A DNA stretch of 64,000 bases from Alphaproteobacteria bacterium (GTDB lineage: Bacteria > Pseudomonadota > Alphaproteobacteria > CALKHQ01). Position numbers and translations under genes: made by a program. This document shows positions 34,595 to 47,727 of the stretch, in pieces; the stretch's first letter is position 1, and every line of letters starts with the position of its first letter. The notes beneath the pieces were generated by a model that saw only the letters and a list, made by a program, of their open reading frames with translations, was not told the origin of the DNA and ran no database searches. The stretch spans positions 96,001-160,000 of the forward strand of contig CBDDFZ010000001.1 in NCBI GenBank assembly GCA_965227515.1, given 5' to 3'.

Positions 34595-35792
34595 AGCCTG
34601 CCGGCCGGTCGCCGGCGCCCTGTTGCCGGAATACCGGCGCGGCGAGCGCCGCCGCCACCACCCCGATTTCGACAAGCTGCAATCCCAGGGCTGGAAGGCG
34701 CTGGAGGGCGAGGCGGACCTGCCGGTCGCCGGCTGGCTGCGCGAGCAGGAGCGCGCGCTGAAGCTGGGTCTGCCAGGCGCGGAGTCGATCAACGACAAGG
34801 CGATCCCCACCTTCGCGCGGGGGGAGCTGCCGCACTTCGCCGGCATCAACACCTTCATGAAGGCGCCCTACGTGGAGGATGTGCGCGACGTCGGCAAGTT
34901 CGATGCCGCGGTACTGGGCATTCCGTTCGACGGCGGCACCACCTACCGCCCCGGCACCCGGTTCGGGCCGCAGGGCATCCGCAAGATCTCAGCGCTTTAC
35001 ACGCCCTACAACTACGAGCTTGGCGTCGACCTGCGCGAGCAGATGACGCTGTGCGACGCCGGCGACGTGTTCACCATCCCGGCCAACCTGGAAAAGACCT
35101 TCGACCAGATCACCCGCGGCGTCAGCCACGTGTTCTCGTCCGGCGCGCTGCCGATCATGCTCGGCGGCGACCATTCCATCGGCTTTCCCTGCGTGCGCGG
35201 CATCGCCCAGTGCACCTCGCGGCGTATCGGCATCATCCACTTCGACCGCCACGTCGACACCCAGGAGAAGGACCTGGACGAGCGCATGCACACCACGCCG
35301 TGGTTCCATGCCACCAACATGCCCAACGTGCCGGCGGTGAATTTGGTGCAGGTCGGCATCGGCGGCTGGCAGGTGCCGCGCGAGGGCGTGCAGGTGGCGC
35401 GCGAACGCGGCACCACGGTGCTGACCATCGGCGACGTCGAGCAGCTTGGGCCGGAGAAGGTGGCCGAAGTGGCGCTCGATGTCGCCTGGAAGGGCGCCGA
35501 CGCGGTCTACATCAGCTTCGACATCGACAGCATCGACTGCGGGTTCGTGCCCGGCACCGGCTGGCCGGAGCCCGGCGGCCTGCTGCCGCGCGAGGCCTTG
35601 AAGATGCTGGGCCTGGTGGCTGCGGAGGGCATCTGCGGCCTGGAGGTGGTCGAGGTCTCCCCACCCTATGACACGGCGGAGATCACCGCCCTGATGGCAA
35701 CCCGCATCGTGGTCGAGACCCTGGGCACGCTGGTCGCCCACAACAAGCTCGGCGCGCACAAGGACATCATCGACAAGCCTGTAACCTACTAG
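34587..35792 (+). CDS. Arginase/agmatinase-family ureohydrolase, guanidine hydrolase (GdmH)-like
   Basis: GGDHS, DRHVD and DIDSID metal motifs; N-terminal extension with RGELPHFAGINTFMKAPY as I recall for GdmH-type enzymes; riboswitch context. Confidence 0.85.
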   Translation: MRRACRPVAGALLPEYRRGERRRHHPDFDKLQSQGWKALEGEADLPVAGWLREQERALKLGLPGAESINDKAIPTFARGELPHFAGINTFMKAPYVEDVRDVGKFDAAVLGIPFDGGTTYRPGTRFGPQGIRKISALYTPYNYELGVDLREQMTLCDAGDVFTIPANLEKTFDQITRGVSHVFSSGALPIMLGGDHSIGFPCVRGIAQCTSRRIGIIHFDRHVDTQEKDLDERMHTTPWFHATNMPNVPAVNLVQVGIGGWQVPREGVQVARERGTTVLTIGDVEQLGPEKVAEVALDVAWKGADAVYISFDIDSIDCGFVPGTGWPEPGGLLPREALKMLGLVAAEGICGLEVVEVSPPYDTAEITALMATRIVVETLGTLVAHNKLGAHKDIIDKPVTY

Positions 35793-35796
35793 AACC

Positions 35797-35923
35797 CGTC
35801 ATTGCGAGGAGCGACGCGAATGCGGCGCGACCCTGATAGCCAATGGGCAATCCAGAGCAACCTCTGCACGGTTACGGCAATCGCCTGGATCGCCGCGCCG
35901 GCAATTGCCGGCTCGCGATGACG
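35797..35923. repeat. CGTC-tagged palindromic repeat, family B, copy 3
   Basis: CGTCATTGCGAGGAGC...GGCAATCCAGAGCAACC...GGCAATCGCCTGGATCGCCGCGCCG...GGCTCGCGATGACG. Confidence 0.85.
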
Positions 35924-35950
35924 GCTGAGTTATTGGGATAGGAAACCACT

Positions 35951-36442
35951 ATGGCACCGCACGACCATCCGCATCACCACCATCACCACCCGCACGCCAT
36001 CGGCCATAACCGGCCGCCGCCGGACCACACGCCGGGCCACACCCAGTGGCAGACGCCGCACCTGGACCACGCGCCGCCCACCGACGCCGGCAACGACGAT
36101 GCCGCCGCGGTCGACTTCGACCTGGTGGAGGCCGCGTTCATGGAAGGGTTCGCCACCGCATCCGACCCGGTCAGCTTCCTGCGCCTGGCCGGTGTGCCGC
36201 TGGTCGGCGCCACCGACGACGGGCGCGAGCTCTGCCTGCTCAGAATCGAGGCCGGCCGCACCACCGATGTCGGCGCGCTGACGCCACAGCTCGGCGGCGG
36301 CGCGCATAGCTATGCCCCGCTGCCGAAGTCCATGGTCGGCCGCCGCGACCGGCTGGACCTGATCTATACCGACGGCGAGGCACCGGTGGCGCTGTCGCTG
36401 GCCGCCGCCCGCCGGCTGGCCGACCGCACCCCGAGCGTGTAG
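35951..36442 (+). CDS. His-rich hypothetical protein
   Basis: MAPHDHPHHHHHHPH..GHN, QWQTPH, DFDLVEAAF.EGF..ASDP.SFLRLAG; AGGA RBS. Confidence 0.8.
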   Translation: MAPHDHPHHHHHHPHAIGHNRPPPDHTPGHTQWQTPHLDHAPPTDAGNDDAAAVDFDLVEAAFMEGFATASDPVSFLRLAGVPLVGATDDGRELCLLRIEAGRTTDVGALTPQLGGGAHSYAPLPKSMVGRRDRLDLIYTDGEAPVALSLAAARRLADRTPSV

Positions 36443-36475
36443 AGTCCGTCGATCAAGTCACGTTGAGCGGACCAC

Positions 36476-37363
36476 ATGACAGGCACATTCACGGTCGGAT
36501 GCGTGCAGGTGACGGCGGGGCCGGAGTTCGAGCCCAACATCGCCGCAGCGGAGCGCTTCATCCGCCAGGCGGTCGACCAGGGCGCGGACCTGGTCTGCAC
36601 GCCCGAGAACGTGGCGATGATCCAGAACCGCCGCCGGCTGATCCTGGAGCATGCGCTGCCCGAGGACGAGCACCCGGCGCTGCCACGCCTGCGGGCGGTG
36701 GCGCGGGAGACCGGCGCCTGGCTGCTGATCGGCTCGCTGCACATCCGGCTGGATACCGAGATGGCCGCCAACCGCTCGTTCCTGATCGACGACCGGGGTG
36801 AGATCGCCGCCCGCTACGACAAGATCCACATGTTCGACGTGACCCAGAAGAACGGCGAGCGCTACCACGAATCCGCGACGTTCCGGGGCGGCGACCGCGC
36901 CATGCTGGCGGCGACACCGTGGGGGCCGACCGGGCTGACCGTCTGCTACGACGTGCGCTTCCCGGCGCTCTACCGGGCGCTGGCCCAGGCCGGCGCACGC
37001 TTCCTGACCGTGCCGTCGGCGTTCACCCGCTTCACCGGCGAGGCGCACTGGCACACGCTGTTGCGCGCCCGCGCCATCGAGACCGGGTGCTTCGTGTTCG
37101 CGCCGGCGCAGTGCGGCGAACATGCCGGCGGGCGCAAGACCTATGGCCACTCTCTGGTCGTCGACCCCTGGGGCGAGGTGCTGGCGGACGGCGGCACCGA
37201 ACCGGGCGTGATCACCGCAGAGATCGAGTCGACTCGGATCGAGGATGCGCGCGGCATGGTGCCGTCGCTGGAGCACGACCGTGCATTCGCCGAGCCCGTG
37301 CCGGTGCAGCCGCTCGCAGAGCCGCGCCCCGACATGGAACCCGAAGGCGCCGGGCACGGTTGA
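36476..37363 (+). CDS. Carbon-nitrogen hydrolase (Nit1 / deaminated glutathione amidase-like)
   Basis: PEN, YDKIHMFDV, CYDVRFP (E-K-C triad), TG.AHW..LLRARAIE, TYGHSLVVDPWG. Confidence 0.9.
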   Translation: MTGTFTVGCVQVTAGPEFEPNIAAAERFIRQAVDQGADLVCTPENVAMIQNRRRLILEHALPEDEHPALPRLRAVARETGAWLLIGSLHIRLDTEMAANRSFLIDDRGEIAARYDKIHMFDVTQKNGERYHESATFRGGDRAMLAATPWGPTGLTVCYDVRFPALYRALAQAGARFLTVPSAFTRFTGEAHWHTLLRARAIETGCFVFAPAQCGEHAGGRKTYGHSLVVDPWGEVLADGGTEPGVITAEIESTRIEDARGMVPSLEHDRAFAEPVPVQPLAEPRPDMEPEGAGHG

Positions 37364-37367
37364 GTTG

Positions 37368-37406
37368 GCAACAGTTCGGCCAGCAACAGTTCCACTGGCA
37401 ACAGTT
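37368..37406 (+). repeat. Short tandem repeat, GCAACAGTT x3 at 15-bp period
   Basis: Copies at 37368, 37383 and 37398. Confidence 0.8.
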
Positions 37407-37495
37407 GAACTTGGGCCCGATCCGCTTCATTTAGGACGGATTGTCATCTGGCTGTCATACTGGCGGCCGCCACCAGGGCGCAGGAGCGCGCACGC

Positions 37496-38053
37496 ATGAT
37501 CGTTTTCCAACTCCGCTGCGGCCAGGACCATGAGTTCGAGGCATGGTTCCGGGACGGCGCCACGTTCGACGCCCAGGCCGCGGCCGGCGAGGTGACCTGC
37601 CCGATGTGCGGCGACACCGAGGTGGAGAAGGCGCCGATGGCGCCGCGCATCAACAAGGGCTCGGCCGCGCCGGTGCGCGCACAGCAGGCGCAAGCCGATG
37701 CCGATACGGCCAGCACCGAGGATGCCGGAGCGGACCAGGCACCGAACACACCCTCGGACAGCAAATCGGTCTCGGTCCCCGAAGGCGCGAAGGAACTCGC
37801 CCGTGCTGAGATGGCCAAGGCGATGCGCGAGATGGCGCGCCTGCGCACCGCGCTCCACCACGTCAAGAAGGTGGTGGAGGAGAACTTCGAGAACGTCGGC
37901 GACGGCTTCCCAGCCGAGGCGCGCAAGATCCACCATGGCGAGGCCGAGGAACGGCCGATCTACGGCAACGCCACCGATGCCGAGGCCGAGGAACTGGCCG
38001 ACGAGGGCGTGCCGGTGGCGCGCCTGCCCTGGCCCGGCCGCTCGGACGCATAG
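37496..38053 (+). CDS. DUF1178 family zinc-ribbon protein
   Basis: MIVFQLRC..DHEFEAWF, CPMCG..VEKAPMAP, VGD.F..EARKIH.GE...R.IYG; usual position after Nit1 in alphaproteobacteria. Confidence 0.88.
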   Translation: MIVFQLRCGQDHEFEAWFRDGATFDAQAAAGEVTCPMCGDTEVEKAPMAPRINKGSAAPVRAQQAQADADTASTEDAGADQAPNTPSDSKSVSVPEGAKELARAEMAKAMREMARLRTALHHVKKVVEENFENVGDGFPAEARKIHHGEAEERPIYGNATDAEAEELADEGVPVARLPWPGRSDA

Positions 38054-38240
38054 AGCGGCTGGTGCAGGCCCATAGCCTGCTAGATCGTTTTTCCCTCTCG
38101 CTGAATCGGCACCAGCCCTCACCCATTCCCATGCGGTCGCGCATCCGCGCTCCAGTTTGGCACCCGGCCGCCCAACGCTAGTCTCCTCTCAGGTTGGCCG
38201 GACGGAGGTGAGGGCCGGCACAGATCAACCGGCAGGCCCT

Positions 38241-39800
<1,560 letters not shown>

Positions 39801-39951
39801 TCATCCAGGGTGTGAGGTGGATCACACTGTGATTCCGGTCACTTAGCGGCCCGAAGGGGGCTTGAAAGCCACGCAATTCGGGGGTTTCGGCAAGCTGCCG
39901 ATTGACCGGGGGCGCGTTAGCTTGCAGGTTGCGCCCAACGGAGGTACGCCG

Positions 39952-41016
39952 ATGATCGCAACGTTGAAATGGCTGGGCCTGTGCGCGCTGGCCGGCCTGT
40001 TCGCGGCCCAGTTCGCCGCGGGCGCCGCGGCCCAGGATGCGCCCGGGGGAACGGTCGACACCATCGCCATCCTGACGCCCGAGCAGGGCACGGACTACGG
40101 CTGGAACCAGCAGGGCGTGGAAGCGGCGCGCGCGGTGGCGGAGGCGTACGGCCTGGAGTTCCTGCCGGCCGAGGGGCTGGGCTATGGCGACGTGCGACCG
40201 ACCTTGCGCGAGCTGGCCGAGGAAGGTGCCGACCTGATGATCGCGCACGCCAGCGGCTACAACACCGCCGCACCCGAGATCGCGGCGGAAACAGGCGTGC
40301 CGGTGGCGATCACCGACCGGCCCGACGATCTGGTGCCGGGCCAGGTCGCCGACTACACGCTCTACGGCCACGAGGGCGCGTTCATGGCCGGCGCGCTTGC
40401 CGCGCGGATGACGCGCACCGGCACGCTCGGCATCGTCGTCTCCGGCGAGCCGCCGGGGTGGAACGCGCATTCCGGCGGCTTCGCGCTCGGCGCGCGGCGC
40501 ACCGACCCGACGGTCGAAATCGTCTACGCCGTCATCGGCCCCGCCGCCTATGCCGACGCCGAGGGCGGACGCCGGGTGACCGAGACCGTCATCGCCGCCG
40601 GCGCCGACATCGTCTTCGGCCAGGGCGACGGCTCCAGCTTCGGCATGATCCAGGCGGTGGAGACCACCCCGGCGGTCGACGGCGGCAAGGTCTGGTTCAT
40701 CGACGTCATCGGCGACAAATCGGAGCTGGACCAGGGCCACCTGCTCTCATCCGTGCTGTGGAACATGGAGCCGGTGTTCAGCGCCATGGTGGACGATCTC
40801 GAAGCCGGCACGTTCGGCAGCCGCGGCTATGGCATCCAGCTCGCCGACGACAGCGTGCAGTTGCTGCGCACGCCACACATCCCCGACGAGGTGTGGGCGG
40901 AGTTGATGACGCTGCGCGACGACATCATCGCCGGCGAGGTGTTCGTGGAGCTGATCGCCGACGCCCGCGAGGTGCGCGACCTGATGAATGCGGTCGCGGA
41001 GGACGGTGCGCAATAA
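39952..41016 (+). CDS. BMP family ABC substrate-binding protein (nucleoside/purine type)
   Basis: Signal peptide, D.GWNQ.G, F.AG.LAA.MT.TG.LG, GADIVF. Confidence 0.85.
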   Translation: MIATLKWLGLCALAGLFAAQFAAGAAAQDAPGGTVDTIAILTPEQGTDYGWNQQGVEAARAVAEAYGLEFLPAEGLGYGDVRPTLRELAEEGADLMIAHASGYNTAAPEIAAETGVPVAITDRPDDLVPGQVADYTLYGHEGAFMAGALAARMTRTGTLGIVVSGEPPGWNAHSGGFALGARRTDPTVEIVYAVIGPAAYADAEGGRRVTETVIAAGADIVFGQGDGSSFGMIQAVETTPAVDGGKVWFIDVIGDKSELDQGHLLSSVLWNMEPVFSAMVDDLEAGTFGSRGYGIQLADDSVQLLRTPHIPDEVWAELMTLRDDIIAGEVFVELIADAREVRDLMNAVAEDGAQ

Positions 41017-41032
41017 CGCGCGCCGGGCCAAT

Positions 41033-42635
<1,603 letters not shown>

Positions 42636-42646
<11 letters not shown>

Positions 42647-43664
42647 CCCGGTCCGTGGCGCGCTGCGCGCCATCGTCCCCATCCTCGCGGCGCTGGTCGC
42701 AGGCGGTGTCGTGCTGCTCGCGTTCGGCGCCGATCCGCTGGCCTATTACGGCTATGTGGTGGAGCGCGGCCTGTTCTCGCCGAGCGGCCTGGAAGCCACC
42801 CTCACGCGCATGGCGCCGCTGCTGCTGATCGCGGCCGGGCTGATCGTCGCCTTCCGCGCCGGGCTGTGGAACCTGGGCGTCGACGGGCAGTTCCTGCTGG
42901 CAGCGGTCTGCGCAGCCGCAGCGGCGCCCGCGTTGCTGCCGCATCTGGGCGGCGGGCTGACGCTCGTCGCCGCGTGTGTCATCGGCATCGTGGTCGGCGC
43001 GGCGTGGTCGCTGTTGCCCGCCTTCCTGAAGGCCGCCCAGGGCATCAACGAGATCATCTCGACCCTGATGACGAGCTTCCTGGGTCTCGGGCTGGCCAAC
43101 CTGCTGATCAAGACCGTGTTCGACGACCCGACCACCACCTCGCCGCAGACCGCAACCCTGGACGTCGCCGACAGGCTGGGCCGGATCGGCGGCACCACCG
43201 TGCATTGGGGCGTGGTGCTGGCGGCGGTGCTGGTGATCGCGGTGCACCTGATGATGCGCCACACCGCTATCGGCTTGCGGCTGCAAATGATCGGCGCCAG
43301 CCCGCGCGCCGCGCGCCATTTCGGGCTCAACGTGGGTGCTCTGACATTTCTCGCCTTCGCGCTCAGCGCCGGGCTGGTCGGGCTGGGCGGCGCGGTCGAC
43401 GTGCTGGGCGTCCACGGCAACGTCGCCGCCGACTGGAACCCGGCCTATGGCCTGTTGGCGATCCCGCTGGTGTTCCTCGCCCGCTTCAACGGCTACGCGG
43501 TGATCGCGCTGGTGTTCGTGTTCGCCATGTTGCTGATCGGCGGCGAGAGTGCCGCCCGGCGCACCGACGTGCCGACCTTCTTCGTGCCGGTGCTGATCGC
43601 CTTGATGCTGGTGTTCCTGACCCTGGTCGAGGTCGCCGGCCAGCGCCGCAAGGTGGTGGTTTGA
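42636..43664 (+). CDS. ABC permease (nucleoside/sugar type)
   Basis: AFRAGLWNLGVDGQ, INEIISTLM, multiple TM helices. Confidence 0.88.
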
Positions 43665-44533
43665 TGGAGGCCCTGCTCACCGCGACCTTTCTCGGCGCGC
43701 TGCTGACCGGTGCCATTACCGCCGGCACGCCGTTGCTGCTGGCCGGCCTCGGTGAGCAGGTGTCGGAGAAGTCCGGGGTACTGAACGTGGGGCTGGAGGG
43801 CATGATGCTGCTTGGCGCCCTTGCCGGCTTCGCCGCCGCGCACGGCACGGGGTCGTTCCTGGCCGGCTATTTTGCGGGCGCGCTGGCCGGGCTGGCAGGA
43901 GCGGCGGTGATGATCGTGCTCTGCGTCGTGCTGCGCGCCAACCAAATCGTGGTCGGCATCGCGATCACGCTTGGCGCCGGCGGCCTGACCGCGCTGATGC
44001 ATCACTTCGCCTACAGCCGCGCCCGCCCGCGCCTGCCCGATGCCGCCGACTGGCCGATACCGCTGCTGGCCGTGGCACTGGTGGCGGCGGTGTGGTGGGT
44101 CTTCCGCCACACCCAGGCCGGCCTCAACCTGCAAGCCGCCGGCGACCGGCCCGCGGCCCTGGATGCCGCAGGCGTCAGCGTCACGCGGACCCGCGCCATG
44201 GCGCTCGCCGTCACCGGGCTACTGGCCGGGCTGGGCGGCGCCTATATGTCGACCGTGGGCGCCGGGCTGTTCGAGCCGCGCATGACCGGGGGCGCCGGCT
44301 TCATTGCCATTGTGCTGGCGATGCTGGCGCGCGGCCAGCCGTTATGGGTGCTGGCCGGCGCGTTCGTGTTCGGGCTCAGCCTGGAGTTGACCACCGCGCT
44401 TCAGCTTGCCGGCATCGACGCGCCGACCGACCTGGTGCTGATGCTGCCATTCGCGCTGGTACTGCTGATGCTGCTGGTGTTCGGGCGGCATAGCCGCTTG
44501 CCGCCGGCACTGGGGATACCGTATCGGCGGTAG
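43664..44533 (+). CDS. ABC permease (nucleoside/sugar type)
   Basis: PLLLAGLGE..SEKSGVLNVGLEGMM, G.GFIAI, P.ALG.PY; TGATG overlap. Confidence 0.88.
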   Translation: MEALLTATFLGALLTGAITAGTPLLLAGLGEQVSEKSGVLNVGLEGMMLLGALAGFAAAHGTGSFLAGYFAGALAGLAGAAVMIVLCVVLRANQIVVGIAITLGAGGLTALMHHFAYSRARPRLPDAADWPIPLLAVALVAAVWWVFRHTQAGLNLQAAGDRPAALDAAGVSVTRTRAMALAVTGLLAGLGGAYMSTVGAGLFEPRMTGGAGFIAIVLAMLARGQPLWVLAGAFVFGLSLELTTALQLAGIDAPTDLVLMLPFALVLLMLLVFGRHSRLPPALGIPYRR

Positions 44534-44558
44534 ATCGGGTACTGGCAACAAATGAAGT

Positions 44559-44649
44559 CGTCATGCTCGGGCTTGTCCCGAGCATCCACGAGATGGCCGC
44601 CTGAGCGGCCAATAAGACGTGGATGCCCGCAACAAGTGCGGGCATGACG
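44559..44649. repeat. CGTC-tagged palindromic repeat, family A, copy 3 (inverted relative to copy 1)
   Basis: CGTCATGCTCGGGCTTGTCCCGAGCATCCACG...GACGTGGATGCCCGCAACAAGTGCGGGCATGACG between convergent genes. Confidence 0.88.
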
Positions 44650-44678
44650 TCATGTGTTTCTTGCCGTGAAAATCATAC

Positions 44679-46745
44679 TCAATTCATCCCGGCGAACGTC
44701 CCGCCCTTGGCCACCAGGTCGCGCAGCAGCGGGCTGATCGGCCACATCGCCGGTTCCTGTTCGGCGAAGCGCTCCAGATTGGCCAGGATCGACGGCAGGC
44801 CGATCTGGTCTGCCGTCCACATCAGCCCGCCGCGCCAGCGCGGGAAGCCGTAGCCGAACACCTCGACCAAGTCGATGTCGACCGGGCGGCGGGCGATGCC
44901 CTCGGCCAGGATGTCGGCGGCCTCGTTGATCATTGCGGCCAGCACCCGGGTGCGGATTTTCTCGTGGCTGAACGGGTGGCGGTCGACGCCGGCGCGCGCC
45001 GCCTCGTCCATCACCAGGAGCTCGATCTCCGGGTCCGGCTGCCCCACGCCATCCTCGCCATAGACGTACCAGCCCTTGCCGGTCTTGCGCCCGAGGCGGC
45101 CCATCTCGCACACCTTGTCGGCGATGGGCACATAGCGGCGCGCCGGGTCGCGGGTCGGCGCCAGCCGCTGGCGGTTGGCATAGGAGATGTCGAGCCCGCT
45201 CAGATCCTGGGTCTGATAGACCCCCATGGCGAAACCGAACTCGACCATCGCGGCGTCGATCTGCCAGGGGAGCGCACCGTCGATCAGGATGGTGTCGGCG
45301 ACCTCGCGGTAGCGCGCCAGGATGCGGTTGCCGATGAAGCCGTCGCAGACGCCCGCAATCACCGGCACCTTGCCGAGGCGGGCGGCGAGTGCCAGACCTG
45401 TCGCCAGCGTATCGGCCGAAGTCATATCGCCGCGCACGATCTCCAGCAGTTTCATGATGTGGGCCGGACTGAAAAAGTGCAGCCCCAGCACCTCGGCCGG
45501 GCGGCCGGTGCCGGCGGCAAGGCGGTTGACGTCGAGGTACGAAGTGTTGGTGGCCAGCACCGCGCCAGCCGGCAGCACCGCGTCCAACGCGGCGAATACC
45601 TGCGCCTTCAAGTCCATGTCCTCGAACACCGCCTCGATGGCGAGATCGGCGGACCCGGCGGCGCCATAGTCGCTGGACCAGGCGATGGCGGACTGGCGCT
45701 CGCGCGCCGCCTCCGCGTCCATCAGGCCGCGCTTGACCGCCGCGTCATAGAGCCGGGCGATATTGGCTCGTCCGCGCGCGATGCCGGTTGCGTCGGCCTC
45801 GATCACCGTGACGGCGATGCCGGCCTGGGCGAGCGCATAGGCGATCCCGGCGCCCATGGTGCCGCTGCCGACCACGGCAGCGGATGCGATCTCGCGCGCG
45901 GTGCCCTCGCTGGCCTCCGGCGCTCGGCGGGCGGCACGCTCGGCGAAGAATATGTGGCGAAGCGCCTTGGCCTGCGGGCCGGCGCGCAGTTCCAAGAAGG
46001 TCTCGCGCTCCTGGCGCGCGCCATCCTCGAAGTCGGTCGACGTGGCCAGTTGCACCAGCCGGATGGCGTGCTCCGGCGCGATCTGGCCGCGCATACGCTT
46101 GGCAACAATCGCCTGCGCGTCGGCCAGCGCGGCCTCGTCCAGTTCAGGCGACGGACGTTCCGACAGCGGGTCAGGCGGCGTGCCGGCCAGCCCTCGCGCG
46201 GCGGCGATGGCGGCGGTCACAGGATCGTCCTCGATGGCATCGACGATGCCGAGCGCCAGCGCCGTGTCGGCCTTCACCGCCTTACCCTGGGAGATCAGAT
46301 CGAGCGCGGCGGCGAAACCGATCAGTCGCGGCAGGCGCTGGGTGCCGCCGGCGCCCGGCACCACGCCCAGCGTCACCTCCGGCAGGCCAATCATGGCGCG
46401 CGGGCCGGCGATGCGCTGCCGGCAGCCGAGCGCCAGCTCGCAGCCGCCCCCCAGTGCGGCCCCGTTGATCGCCGCCACCCACGGCTTGGCCGACGCTTCG
46501 ATGGCGTTGACCGCGTCCGGCAGGTGCGGCGGCATCGGCGGCGCATCGAACTCGCGGGTATCGGCCCCGGCGATGAAAGTCTTGCCCGCACCGGTCAGCA
46601 CCGCGCCGACGACGGCATCGTCGTCGGCCACTTGCGCGACCGCGGCCAGCAGCCCCTCGCGCTCGGCCTTGCCGATGGCGTTGACCGGTGGCGCATCGAC
46701 GGTGACGACGGCGACGTCGCCCTGGTTCTGTACTGTGACGGGCAT
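44679..46745 (-). CDS. Bifunctional enoyl-CoA hydratase / 3-hydroxyacyl-CoA dehydrogenase (FadB/PimF-like)
   Basis: FIAGAD, ALGGG.ELAL, PEVTLG..PGAGGTQRLPRL, GSGTMGAGI, NTSYL, LHFFSPA, GFIGNR. Confidence 0.92.
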   Translation of the reverse strand: MPVTVQNQGDVAVVTVDAPPVNAIGKAEREGLLAAVAQVADDDAVVGAVLTGAGKTFIAGADTREFDAPPMPPHLPDAVNAIEASAKPWVAAINGAALGGGCELALGCRQRIAGPRAMIGLPEVTLGVVPGAGGTQRLPRLIGFAAALDLISQGKAVKADTALALGIVDAIEDDPVTAAIAAARGLAGTPPDPLSERPSPELDEAALADAQAIVAKRMRGQIAPEHAIRLVQLATSTDFEDGARQERETFLELRAGPQAKALRHIFFAERAARRAPEASEGTAREIASAAVVGSGTMGAGIAYALAQAGIAVTVIEADATGIARGRANIARLYDAAVKRGLMDAEAARERQSAIAWSSDYGAAGSADLAIEAVFEDMDLKAQVFAALDAVLPAGAVLATNTSYLDVNRLAAGTGRPAEVLGLHFFSPAHIMKLLEIVRGDMTSADTLATGLALAARLGKVPVIAGVCDGFIGNRILARYREVADTILIDGALPWQIDAAMVEFGFAMGVYQTQDLSGLDISYANRQRLAPTRDPARRYVPIADKVCEMGRLGRKTGKGWYVYGEDGVGQPDPEIELLVMDEAARAGVDRHPFSHEKIRTRVLAAMINEAADILAEGIARRPVDIDLVEVFGYGFPRWRGGLMWTADQIGLPSILANLERFAEQEPAMWPISPLLRDLVAKGGTFAGMN

Positions 46746-46827
46746 TTCGGTCGGGGTTCGAGCTAGCGGGTTGATTTGACCGACAACACCCTAGCCGCGT
46801 GTCGCGTCCCGATACAGCGTCTATGCG

Positions 46828-47727
46828 CTACTCGATCAGCGATGGGTCGTCACGCCAGTCCCTCTCAAGCTCAACGGCGATGGCTAATTCGCTTGCTGAG
46901 AGAAGTTCCTGCACGGACGCCTGATCAAGATAATTGTTCGACAGTCCAAACAAGGCATACGCTTTCACCAGGTCTGCTCCAACCTCCGTTCCGTCAATGT
47001 AGATTCGGCCAAGTCGATATTGCGCCCCCGCATCGCCTTGCCGAGCCGCGAGTAGATACCAAGCGGCAGCTTCCGAAATATCCGGCGCAGTGCCCTGGCC
47101 GGCCTCATGCATCAGGCCAAGATTGTATTGCGCGAACATATAGCCTTGGTCCGCTGCCAGGCGATACAACCTGATGGCCATACCGAAGTCTTGCTCGACG
47201 CCAAGACCCTCAGCATACAGTTGAGCCAAGTTGCTCTGAGCTTGGGCCATCCCTTGTTCAGCGGCCTGCTGCAACCAACGCGCAGACTCCAAATAGTCCT
47301 GCGGAACGCCGCGTCCCAAATAATACATAACGCCAAGACTATATTGTGCGCTTGCCAAGCCTTGCTCCGCCGCCAACTGAAACCATTCGGCAGCCAGCTC
47401 AAGGTCCAGTTCTACCCCGATGCCTCTTTCGTACATCGACCCCAGAGCGGCTTGCGAAATGGCGTCACCCTGTGCGGCAGCCAGACTGTACCAACTGGCA
47501 GCCTCGAGGAAATCTTGCTGGACACCAAGTCCCATTCGATAGAAATAGCCCAGATTGTACTGGGCCAATACATCGCCCTGCTCCGCAAGCGGGCGCAAAT
47601 GTTCGGCTGCGGTTTCGTAGTCACCCGCCTGGTATGCAGCGATGGCCTCCTCCATGCCGGCGTCCGCGTGGTGGGGGTGAGATCCCATCAGAAAGGAGGC
47701 AACAAATATTGCTAATGCCTTTCGCAT
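46828..47727 (-). CDS. Secreted Sel1-like repeat (TPR) protein
   Basis: About six AQY.LG.MY..G.GV.QD...A..W...AA.QG repeats; signal peptide; visibly more AT-rich than neighbours. Confidence 0.9.
   Translation of the reverse strand: MRKALAIFVASFLMGSHPHHADAGMEEAIAAYQAGDYETAAEHLRPLAEQGDVLAQYNLGYFYRMGLGVQQDFLEAASWYSLAAAQGDAISQAALGSMYERGIGVELDLELAAEWFQLAAEQGLASAQYSLGVMYYLGRGVPQDYLESARWLQQAAEQGMAQAQSNLAQLYAEGLGVEQDFGMAIRLYRLAADQGYMFAQYNLGLMHEAGQGTAPDISEAAAWYLLAARQGDAGAQYRLGRIYIDGTEVGADLVKAYALFGLSNNYLDQASVQELLSASELAIAVELERDWRDDPSLIE

Noticed and set aside
37364-37410. Possible CRISPR array
   Set aside because: Repeats are 9 bp with 6-bp spacers, far too short, and no cas genes are in the window
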